A stretch of 64,000 bases of DNA, taken from Clostridia bacterium (GTDB lineage: Bacteria; Bacillota; Clostridia; Oscillospirales; CAG-272). Shown piece after piece: positions 51,921 to 59,866 of the stretch; the first letter of the stretch is position 1; the number at the start of each line of letters is the position of its first letter. Where the stretch lies: positions 274-64,273 of the forward strand of contig JAGCLY010000033.1 in NCBI GenBank assembly GCA_017646745.1. The letters run 5' to 3'. The translations under genes and the position numbers were made by a program. The notes beneath the pieces are model-generated. The model saw only the letters and a list, made by a program, of their open reading frames with translations. It was not told the DNA's origin and searched no databases.

Positions 51921-53673
51921 AGCTCTGCTTCCAGATACGAAGCATACACTGCTTGTGATACTGTCTGGGATCACTATAGCCCTGATCGTAGGCCTTCTTG
52001 TAGTAGCGAAGCGCAGTCTTTCTGTCTGGCTCGGTGGTGATACCAAACTCATACAGACATCCTATGGAATAGGTTGCCTCGCCAAGTCCAATCTCCATAC
52101 ATACCTCAAACATACTGCGGGCAGTATCGTATTTTCTGTTGTAATAAAGACGTGTGGCGGTAGAATAGAGCGAGCGCACCATATGTCTTTTTTTGTTTTC
52201 GTAAATTCTGTACAGCTCTCTGTCTGCACTGTGAGAACCCATCTCACGGGCGATGGAAAGTAGCTCGGATGCACGCTTGAAATCAAAGGCTACGCCGATT
52301 CCTCTTGCATAGCATCTGCCCAGGCTCTCAATCGCTCTCTTATCACCTGCCTCGTATGCAGCCTTGTAATGGAGGTAAGCCGCCTTGCCGTTGACCTTGG
52401 TGCCGATGCCTCTCTCATAGTACCATCCTATTCTTGCATGGGCAGGAATATATCCTGCGTCAACCGACTTTTTGAAGAGAGGGAAGGCACTCTCGGGCGA
52501 GGATCTTTCCAGCTTGGATGCCTCCACATAGTTGATCTCTCGCTCCTCTTCCATTGCACGGAGCTTTCTCTGACAGGCAAAGTCGCCTGCTGCTGCGCCT
52601 CTTGCATAGAGCTTTATTGCCAGGGCATAGTCCGGTTCGGTAAGAAGTCCGCTGTGGAATATATCGCCCAGGCTCTCGCACTCCTCCTGTGCGCCAAGCT
52701 CTGCCGCGCGTCTGTAATATTTGGTAGCAATTCTCGGGTTTTGCTCTATATGCTCACCTTTTGCGTAAAGGTCGCCGAGGCACTTCGCCGCCATAACAGA
52801 TCCGCCTGCCATAGCCTCCTCAAGTATAGCTATACCCTCGTCTACGTTTTGAGGATACTCAATGCCCTCGATATGTAACAGCGCAAGGAATACGTTTGCA
52901 TCCTTGCTTTCACTCTCGGAATAATTCTGCGCCAGAAGAAGCATAGCCTTGGAATATCCGAATTTCCTTGATGCCGCAATAAGCTTTTCGGTTATCTTCT
53001 TTCGCTCGGTGAATTTCGGGGGCTCGGGACGAACCGACTTACCCTCAACCGCCTCTATTCTTCTGCAAAGCTTGATTGCGTGCAGGGGCACGTGGTCTAT
53101 CTGCTCGATATACCACTTGGACATTCTTTCGTTCTGCTCAACGCCGTCACCGTAGAGGTGTCTGCGTCCCATTTCAATTTTAGCATCTACCTCACCGTCA
53201 TCGGCCAGCAGCCAGCAGTAATATGATGCGGTTGCTCTCTCCTTATAGCTTGAGTAGAGGGTAAAGACATCGGGATATGCCTCCTTGCAGCCCATAAGGG
53301 CGGAGAATGCCAGCCAATAGTCTGCCAGCGCATCGTTACCTACCAGAAGTCTTGAATATTTCAGCGCCGCAATAGGATCGCCCTTCTGCGCTGCGGAATA
53401 GAAATATTGCACCGCCATATCAAGGTCACGGGGCACAAGCTGACCCTTCTCTAAGATAAGTCCAAGCTCTCTTTCTCCGTCTACACTTCCTGCAGCGGCG
53501 AGGAATTTATAGATATCAACCGCTGTGACAAAATCGTTTTTGCCCATGGCTTCCTCTGCCTCTCGAAGCAGGTCACGGCACTCCGCATCTGTCAGCTCCG
53601 GTGGTGCAGAGCAGGCAGGGCAGGTGAGAGCATAACGGGGATTTTCTTTTCCGCATCCTTTACACTTGATCAT
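51919..53673 (-). CDS. Sel1-like (SLR/TPR) repeat protein with N-terminal zinc ribbon
   Basis: 584 aa starting MIKCKGCGKENPRYALTCPAC, followed by many ~36-aa repeats of the Sel1 type (A..YY..AA..G...A...LG.CY..G.G). Confidence 0.8.
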   Translation of the reverse strand: MIKCKGCGKENPRYALTCPACSAPPELTDAECRDLLREAEEAMGKNDFVTAVDIYKFLAAAGSVDGERELGLILEKGQLVPRDLDMAVQYFYSAAQKGDPIAALKYSRLLVGNDALADYWLAFSALMGCKEAYPDVFTLYSSYKERATASYYCWLLADDGEVDAKIEMGRRHLYGDGVEQNERMSKWYIEQIDHVPLHAIKLCRRIEAVEGKSVRPEPPKFTERKKITEKLIAASRKFGYSKAMLLLAQNYSESESKDANVFLALLHIEGIEYPQNVDEGIAILEEAMAGGSVMAAKCLGDLYAKGEHIEQNPRIATKYYRRAAELGAQEECESLGDIFHSGLLTEPDYALAIKLYARGAAAGDFACQRKLRAMEEEREINYVEASKLERSSPESAFPLFKKSVDAGYIPAHARIGWYYERGIGTKVNGKAAYLHYKAAYEAGDKRAIESLGRCYARGIGVAFDFKRASELLSIAREMGSHSADRELYRIYENKKRHMVRSLYSTATRLYYNRKYDTARSMFEVCMEIGLGEATYSIGCLYEFGITTEPDRKTALRYYKKAYDQGYSDPRQYHKQCMLRIWKQS

Positions 53674-53872
53674 TACTGTATCCTTTCGGTCGTACCCGGA
53701 CAGGCAGTTCGGGCTCGAAATAACTTACTTTGCGTATTTTTTGACAACAATACAGATCAAAAAAAACGCCTTTTTCGTTTCTTATTTTACAACAATATTA
53801 AAGTTTTGTCAATAATATAAATAATTTTCTCTCCTGCGGTAAAAATATATTTAACTCAAAAGAAGGAGAAAA

Positions 53873-54067
53873 ATGATGTTTAACGGTAAAAAAGGGAGAA
53901 TAATGCGACATCCTTACGCCACCCTTACACTTATAGGTCTGGCGGCGGTCGGTGCTGTCAGCATAGGAGATAAGGTAAAGAGCTTTGTTATGGGCAAGGC
54001 CTGCTGCATCGGCAATATGATGCATTCCTTGAGAAAAAACAGTGATATTACAAATCACAGCGCATAA
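53873..54067 (+). CDS. Small hypothetical protein (one TM)
   Basis: 64 aa with an AAGGAG RBS 6-7 nt upstream, the TM segment ATLTLIGLAAVGAVSIG, and its own terminator. I recognise no homology. Confidence 0.4.
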   Translation: MMFNGKKGRIMRHPYATLTLIGLAAVGAVSIGDKVKSFVMGKACCIGNMMHSLRKNSDITNHSA

Positions 54068-54084
54068 TAGATTGTTTAAGTGAA

Positions 54085-54109
54085 AAGGGCGAAAAAACTC
54101 GCCCTTTTT
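54085..54109. terminator. Bidirectional terminator (small ORF / nrdD)
   Basis: Stem aagggcg/cgccctt, followed by TTTTT. Confidence 0.7.
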
Positions 54110-54144
54110 GCGTATTTTGTAAAGTTATATTTTCAAAATGTTAT

Positions 54145-56319
54145 TTAAACGTGCAAAACTCTGTCCTTTATCTCGCTTGTTCTGCCCTGGTTCCAGTACT
54201 GTGTACCGATATATCCGCAGGTTCGTCTTGCAACGTTCATTTTGCTTTGATCACGGCAATGGCAGTTGGGGCATTCCCATATCAGCTTGCCACCGGCCTC
54301 TACGATTGCAATTTCGCCGTCGTATCCGCACTCCTGACAGTAATCGCTTTTGGTATTAAGCTCGGCGTACATGATGTTATCGTATATGTATCGCATAATG
54401 TCAAGCACAGCCTCAATATTGTTCTGCATATCGGGGACCTCAACGTAGGAGATTGCTCCGCCGGGGGATAGTGCCTGGAATTTTGCTTCAAGGGAGAGCT
54501 TTTCAAAGGCATCTATTTCCTCGGTTACGTGGACGTGATAGGAGTTGGTGATATAGCTTCTGTCGGTGATGCCCTTAATTATGCCGAATCTTGACTGCAG
54601 ACATTTTGCAAACTTATAGGTTGTGCTCTCAAGCGGAGTGCCGTAGAGCGAATAGTCGATATTTTCCTCTGCCTTCCACTTTGCAGTATATGCGTTAAGC
54701 ATGCGCATTATTTCAAGTCCGAGAGCCTCGCCCTCCGGCTCGGTAAGCTTTTTGCCCGAAAGAGCCATTACACACTCCCATAGACCGGCATAGCCGAGAG
54801 AAAGGGTGGAATATCCGCCGTAGAGATATTTATCAATCTTCTCGCCCGGCTTCAGTCTTGTAAGGGCGCCGTACTGCCAGAGTATGGGTGCTGCATCCGA
54901 GGTGGTGCCAACCAGCCTTTCGTGCCTTGCTCTCAGCGCACGGTGACATAGCTCCATTCGCTCGTCAAAAATCTGCCTAAACTTGCCCATATCTCCATTT
55001 GCCGACAGTCCGATATCCACAAGGTTTACGGTTACAACACCCTGGTTGAATCTGCCGTAGTACTTGGGCTCGCCGTTTTCGTCAACGTAAGGGGTAAGGA
55101 AGGAGCGACAGCCCATACAGGTGTAGCAATGTCCCACTCCATTCTTATCGACCTTGTTCTGAAGCATTATTTTTTCGGAGATATAGTCGGGAACCATACG
55201 CTTGGCGGTGCATTTTGCCGCAAGACGGGTAAGGTGATAATATTTCGACTCGGGATTAACGTTATCATCCTCGAGAACGTAGATAAGCTTGGGGAAGGCG
55301 GGGGTTATCCACACACCCCTCTCATTCTTGACACCCTGTATACGCTGGTTCAGTACCTCCTCGATTATAAGGGCAAGGTCGGCCTTGGTACGCTCGTCCT
55401 TTGCCTCACCAAGATACATAAACATAGTGATAAAGGGGGCTTGTCCGTTGGTGGTCAGCAGAGTGACAACCTGGTACTGTATGCACTGTACACCCTTTTT
55501 TATCTCTTCACGAAGTCGGATATCGGTAACTCTTTCAATCTGCTCCTCTGTGCATTTGATGCCCGTCTCGGCAAGCTCCCTTGCCACGCTATCACGGATT
55601 TTTCTTCTGCTCACGTCGACAAAGGGCGCAAGGTGGGTAAGGCTTATGGACTGACCGCCGTACTGATTAGAGGCAACCTGGGCGATGATCTGCGCCGCAA
55701 TGTTACATGCGGTGGTAAAGCTCTTTGGCTTTTCAATAAGCGTACCGCTGATAACCGTGCCACACTCAAGCATATCCGCAAGGTTTACCAGGTCGCAGTT
55801 ATGCATGTGCTGGGCAAAGTAGTCTGCGTCATGGAAGTGAATAAGTCCGTCCTCGTGGGCCTTTACAATATCCGGGGGCAGTAGAATTCTTCTTGTAAGA
55901 TCCTTGGATACCTCACCTGCCATATAATCTCTCTGTATGCTGTTTACGGTGGGGTTCTTATTAGAGTTTTCCTGCTTTAAGTCCTCGTTTGAGCATTCGA
56001 TAAGCGACATAATGCGCTCGTCGGTGGTGTTGGATTTTCTCACAAGCTCACGGGTGTAGCGATAGGTGATATAGGTCTTGGCAAGGGTAAAAGCGCCCAG
56101 AGCCATTATCTCCCTCTCCACCATATCCTGTATTTCCTCAACCTCGGTGGCACGGGCAAGCGCCTCGCACCCTAAGGTCACACGGTCGGTTATTCCCTGT
56201 ATCTGATCGGGGCTGATGCGGTGCTGCGGTTCAACCGCCTCGTTTGCCTTGCTGACGGCGGCGTATATTTTGCTTTTGTCAAAGGCCGCCTCGGCTCCGT
56301 TTCTCTTTATAATCTTCAT
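54145..56319 (-). CDS. nrdD: Anaerobic ribonucleoside-triphosphate reductase
   Basis: 724 aa with an N-terminal ATP-cone (IIKRNG...FD..KI), the C-terminal Zn site CQECGY...CPNCHC, and the glycyl-radical motif RRTCGYIG. Confidence 0.95.
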   Translation of the reverse strand: MKIIKRNGAEAAFDKSKIYAAVSKANEAVEPQHRISPDQIQGITDRVTLGCEALARATEVEEIQDMVEREIMALGAFTLAKTYITYRYTRELVRKSNTTDERIMSLIECSNEDLKQENSNKNPTVNSIQRDYMAGEVSKDLTRRILLPPDIVKAHEDGLIHFHDADYFAQHMHNCDLVNLADMLECGTVISGTLIEKPKSFTTACNIAAQIIAQVASNQYGGQSISLTHLAPFVDVSRRKIRDSVARELAETGIKCTEEQIERVTDIRLREEIKKGVQCIQYQVVTLLTTNGQAPFITMFMYLGEAKDERTKADLALIIEEVLNQRIQGVKNERGVWITPAFPKLIYVLEDDNVNPESKYYHLTRLAAKCTAKRMVPDYISEKIMLQNKVDKNGVGHCYTCMGCRSFLTPYVDENGEPKYYGRFNQGVVTVNLVDIGLSANGDMGKFRQIFDERMELCHRALRARHERLVGTTSDAAPILWQYGALTRLKPGEKIDKYLYGGYSTLSLGYAGLWECVMALSGKKLTEPEGEALGLEIMRMLNAYTAKWKAEENIDYSLYGTPLESTTYKFAKCLQSRFGIIKGITDRSYITNSYHVHVTEEIDAFEKLSLEAKFQALSPGGAISYVEVPDMQNNIEAVLDIMRYIYDNIMYAELNTKSDYCQECGYDGEIAIVEAGGKLIWECPNCHCRDQSKMNVARRTCGYIGTQYWNQGRTSEIKDRVLHV

Positions 56320-56346
56320 ATGCCGCCTCCTTTAATATTTTACATC

Positions 56347-56384
56347 TTGTACTCATATTATATCATATATATAATCTTTGTCAA
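56347..56384. promoter_or_regulatory. Interdigitated divergent promoters (nrdD minus strand, cysK plus strand)
   Basis: On the minus strand, TTGACA (56379-56384)-16 nt-TATAAT (56357-56362). On the plus strand, TTGTAC (56347-56352)-17 nt-TATAAT (56370-56375). Confidence 0.5.
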
Positions 56385-56406
56385 TACAAATGAGGTGCGA
56401 TTTATA

Positions 56407-57324
56407 ATGGAAATCCGTCACTCGCTTACCGATCTGATCGGCAGAACGCCGATGATCAGGCTTTGCTCTCTTGAAAAATATTTCGGCCTTAAGGCACAGC
56501 TGTATGCTAAGCTTGAATACATGAATCCGAGTGGCTCTATAAAGGATAGGGCGGCGCTTTTTGTTATCCGTGATGCTATTAACCGAGGATTGATTACTCG
56601 GGGACAGTCGGTGGTGGAGGCCACCAGCGGAAATATGGGAATCTCACTTGCCATGCTGTCGAACGCTTATGGATACCGTGCGGTGATAGTTATGCCTGAG
56701 AATATGTCACCCGAGCGCAGAGCTATAATAGCCGCATACGGCGGCGAGTTTGTACTTACCGATGCCTTGGGCGGAATGACGGCGGCAATAGAGATGGCAG
56801 ATCGGATAAAAAAGGAAAATGGCGGATATTCTCCCCTGCAGTTTAATAACCGACAGAATCTAATTGCGCATTACGAAACCACAGGCAGGGAAATATATGC
56901 CGATCTGCATGGCGCACCCGATATTCTTGTGGCAGGTGTAGGCACCGGCGGTACTATGGGCGGTGCAGGACTGTTTTTAAAGGAGGCCTCGCCGCAGATA
57001 AAATTGATCGCGGTTGAGCCGAGCGAGTCGGCTGTGCTTAGTGGCGAAAAGGCGGGGGCTCACGGAATACAGGGAATAGGCGCAGGATTTGTGCCTCCGC
57101 TTCTTGATATGAAAATGATAGATTCAATCACTCAGGTGTCTACCGATATGGCAATAGATATGCTGCACAGGGTCGTTGGATGCGAGGGATTGTTTGTTGG
57201 AATATCCTCGGGGGCAGCGCTTTCTGCTGCCGTGAGCCTTGGTATGCAGAGCGAAAACAAGGGTAAAAAAATAGCCGTAATTCTGCCCGACGGAGGTGAA
57301 AAATACCTGTCGGAACTCTCCTGA
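56407..57324 (+). CDS. cysK: Cysteine synthase A (O-acetylserine sulfhydrylase)
   Basis: MEIRHSLTDLIGRTPMIRL...NPSGSIKDR (PLP lysine)...GTGGT. ATG at 56407 has a GAGGTG RBS. The ORF-track start at 56221 overlaps nrdD and is rejected. Confidence 0.92.
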   Translation: MEIRHSLTDLIGRTPMIRLCSLEKYFGLKAQLYAKLEYMNPSGSIKDRAALFVIRDAINRGLITRGQSVVEATSGNMGISLAMLSNAYGYRAVIVMPENMSPERRAIIAAYGGEFVLTDALGGMTAAIEMADRIKKENGGYSPLQFNNRQNLIAHYETTGREIYADLHGAPDILVAGVGTGGTMGGAGLFLKEASPQIKLIAVEPSESAVLSGEKAGAHGIQGIGAGFVPPLLDMKMIDSITQVSTDMAIDMLHRVVGCEGLFVGISSGAALSAAVSLGMQSENKGKKIAVILPDGGEKYLSELS

Positions 57325-57398
57325 TTATTTACAACTTGACACAATCTGTAAATTATGGTATAATATATCAGCAAATTTTTTAAAAAAGGATTTTTACT

Positions 57399-58232
57399 AT
57401 GAAATTTAAAATTGTAGCCGACTCCTCGGCAGATATAAGAGCTTTATCTGACGTTCCCTATGAGAGCGTGCCTCTTAAGATAATTACCGATGAGAGGGAA
57501 TATGTTGACAGCTGCTCTCTCGACGTGGTTGGTATGCTTACCGAGCTTAAGAGTTATAAAGGCAAGTCACATACCTCATGCCCCAGCGCAGGAGAGTATC
57601 TTGAGGCCTTTGGCGATGCCGAGAATATTTTTGTTATAACCATCAGCAGCAACCTCTCGGGCAGCTTTAATGCGGCAAACGTGGCGGCAAAAACACTCCT
57701 CGCCGATCATCCCGAAAGAAAAGTTCATATTATCGACAGCCTTTCCACCGGAGCTGAGAGCTTTATTATTATCGAGAGAATCCGATCTCTTATCCTGGAG
57801 GGTAAGAGCTTTGAGGAGATAAAGAGTGAGATCATCGATTATTCTGTTAATCACACCAGGCTTATCTTCGCCCTTGAATCTATGCGTAATCTTGCGAACA
57901 ATGGCCGTGTCAGCCCCGTTAAGGCAAAGATGGCAGAGATTTTTGGCATTCGTGCCATAGGCAGAGCCAGCGATGAGGGCACCCTTGAGATGATCTGTAA
58001 ATCCCGTGGCCCTCTTAATACTGCAAACGATATTTTCACCAATATGGTAGGCGACGGTTATAAGGGAGGCAGGGTCAGAATCCATCATGCAAACAACCTC
58101 TCTGCGGCAGAGCTCGTTAAGACCAAGATTGTTGAGAAGTTCCCCGATGCAAGTATTGATATTGCTATGACAGGCGGCCTTTGCTCCTTCTATGCAGAGC
58201 AGGGCGGACTGATCGTTGGATTTGAAATTTAG
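57399..58232 (+). CDS. DegV family fatty-acid-binding protein
   Basis: 277 aa containing KIVADSSADI...TSCPSAGEY...ISSNLSGSFN, typical of DegV. Confidence 0.88.
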   Translation: MKFKIVADSSADIRALSDVPYESVPLKIITDEREYVDSCSLDVVGMLTELKSYKGKSHTSCPSAGEYLEAFGDAENIFVITISSNLSGSFNAANVAAKTLLADHPERKVHIIDSLSTGAESFIIIERIRSLILEGKSFEEIKSEIIDYSVNHTRLIFALESMRNLANNGRVSPVKAKMAEIFGIRAIGRASDEGTLEMICKSRGPLNTANDIFTNMVGDGYKGGRVRIHHANNLSAAELVKTKIVEKFPDASIDIAMTGGLCSFYAEQGGLIVGFEI

Positions 58233-58256
58233 TTTTTGACAACAATAATTTACATA

Positions 58257-58291
58257 ATGCCGAGAAAATGGTTAAAATCTCGGCATTTTTC
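58257..58291 (+). terminator. Rho-independent terminator after degV-family gene
   Basis: Stem atgccgaga/tctcggcat with a 12-nt loop, followed by TTTTT. Confidence 0.65.
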
Positions 58292-58362
58292 TTTGCGTAG
58301 AAAATAAAATACATTTTAACATTTTTCATATTGCTTTTTAATATGTTGTATGATACAATTAT

Positions 58363-59778
58363 ATGATTAAAAATACAGGAGAAAGAAATTTGAAATTAAG
58401 TCTTAATTCCTACATCGGCGACCGTGCCTTTTACAAAAGGGTGTTAGCCATTGCTCTGCCGATGATAATTCAGAATACTGTTACCAACCTGGTAAACCTG
58501 CTTGATAATCTTATGGTTGGCTCGCTTGGTACAGAGCAGATGTCGGGCGTTGCTATAGTAAACCAGTTTATTTTCGTATTTAATCTCGCCGTCTTTGGTG
58601 CAATATCCGGCGCAGGCATCTTTACCGCACAGTTTAACGGCAGAGGTGACGTGGAAGGCGTGCGTCAGACCATGCGTATGAAGCTGATCATCTGCGCAGT
58701 TATCGGTGTTCTCGGTGTCGGTGTTCTCTCGGTATTCGGCGATTATCTTATCACTACCTTCCTTCACGAGGGAACCGAGGGCGATCTTGCTCTTACGCTA
58801 TTGTCCGGAGAAAAATATCTCTCATGTATAATCATTGGACTTATCCCCTTCGCCTTCTCGCAGGTGTATGCTTCTACATTGCGTGAAACCGGTGAAACGG
58901 TAGTGCCCATGGTTGCCAGCGTGGTTTCCATTGCTACAAATTTTGTCTTTAACGGATTGCTTATTTTCGGTCTGCTCGGCTTCCCTGAGCTTGGGGTTGA
59001 GGGCGCTGCTATTGCAACCGCAATATCCAGATTTACCGAGCTCTTTATACTCTTTGCATGGACTCACAGAAATAAGGTGAAATGCCCCTTTGCGGTAGGA
59101 GTATTCAGTAATTTCAGAATACCCACCGCCCTTGTAAAGCAAATTCTGATAAAGGGAACACCCATTCTGCTCAACGAGCTCTTCTGGTCGCTTTCGGTTA
59201 CGGTTAGTAATCAGTGTTATTCGCTCAGGGGACTTGACGTAGTTGCGGCAATGAATATTTCCTTTACTCTGCAAAATTTGCTCAGCGTTGCATATTTTGC
59301 TCTCAGCTCGTCTATTGCTATAATTGTAGGCAACCTGCTTGGCGCAGGTAAGCTTGAGGAGGCAAAGGAAACCGACAGAAAGCTGCTTGGCTTTGCGGTA
59401 TTTGTGGGTTGCTGTATGACTGTGATACAGCTTACCCTGTCCGGGGTATTCCCCCTGCTTTATAATACTACCGACGAGGTGCGTCATTTGTCCAGCTACA
59501 TCATGACCTGCTTTGCATTGACAATGCCTGCGGCGGCGCTTGCAACCTCGACCTATTACACCATCCGCTCGGGTGGACGTGTGTTCATCACTATGCTGTT
59601 TGACAGCGTTTATGCCTGGGTAATAGTTATGCCGGTTGTGTTCTCTCTTGCTTATTTCACCAGCCTGCCCTTTAAATATCTGCTCCCCATCGTTCTGGTG
59701 GTAGAAAACCTTAAATTACTGCCAGGATTGATACTTGTTAACAAGGGAATTTGGGTAAGACAGATAAAAGTAGAGTAA
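58363..59778 (+). CDS. MATE family efflux transporter
   Basis: 471 aa with 12 TM segments. The N-terminal LAIALPMIIQNTVTNLVNLLDNLMVGSLG is typical of MATE/NorM. Confidence 0.88.
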   Translation: MIKNTGERNLKLSLNSYIGDRAFYKRVLAIALPMIIQNTVTNLVNLLDNLMVGSLGTEQMSGVAIVNQFIFVFNLAVFGAISGAGIFTAQFNGRGDVEGVRQTMRMKLIICAVIGVLGVGVLSVFGDYLITTFLHEGTEGDLALTLLSGEKYLSCIIIGLIPFAFSQVYASTLRETGETVVPMVASVVSIATNFVFNGLLIFGLLGFPELGVEGAAIATAISRFTELFILFAWTHRNKVKCPFAVGVFSNFRIPTALVKQILIKGTPILLNELFWSLSVTVSNQCYSLRGLDVVAAMNISFTLQNLLSVAYFALSSSIAIIVGNLLGAGKLEEAKETDRKLLGFAVFVGCCMTVIQLTLSGVFPLLYNTTDEVRHLSSYIMTCFALTMPAAALATSTYYTIRSGGRVFITMLFDSVYAWVIVMPVVFSLAYFTSLPFKYLLPIVLVVENLKLLPGLILVNKGIWVRQIKVE

Positions 59779-59866
59779 AATTTAAAAATATTTTACAAAT
59801 TTATATTGTTTGTACATCTTTTATAGTGTATAATAGTTAGGAATGTTTTAAAGAAGGAAATTAGTT

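Noticed and set aside
56320-56406. NrdR box(es) upstream of nrdD
   Set aside because: I expected a 16-bp palindrome of the acaCwAtATaTwGtgt type but found only AT-rich sequence with no convincing match. I do not call it.
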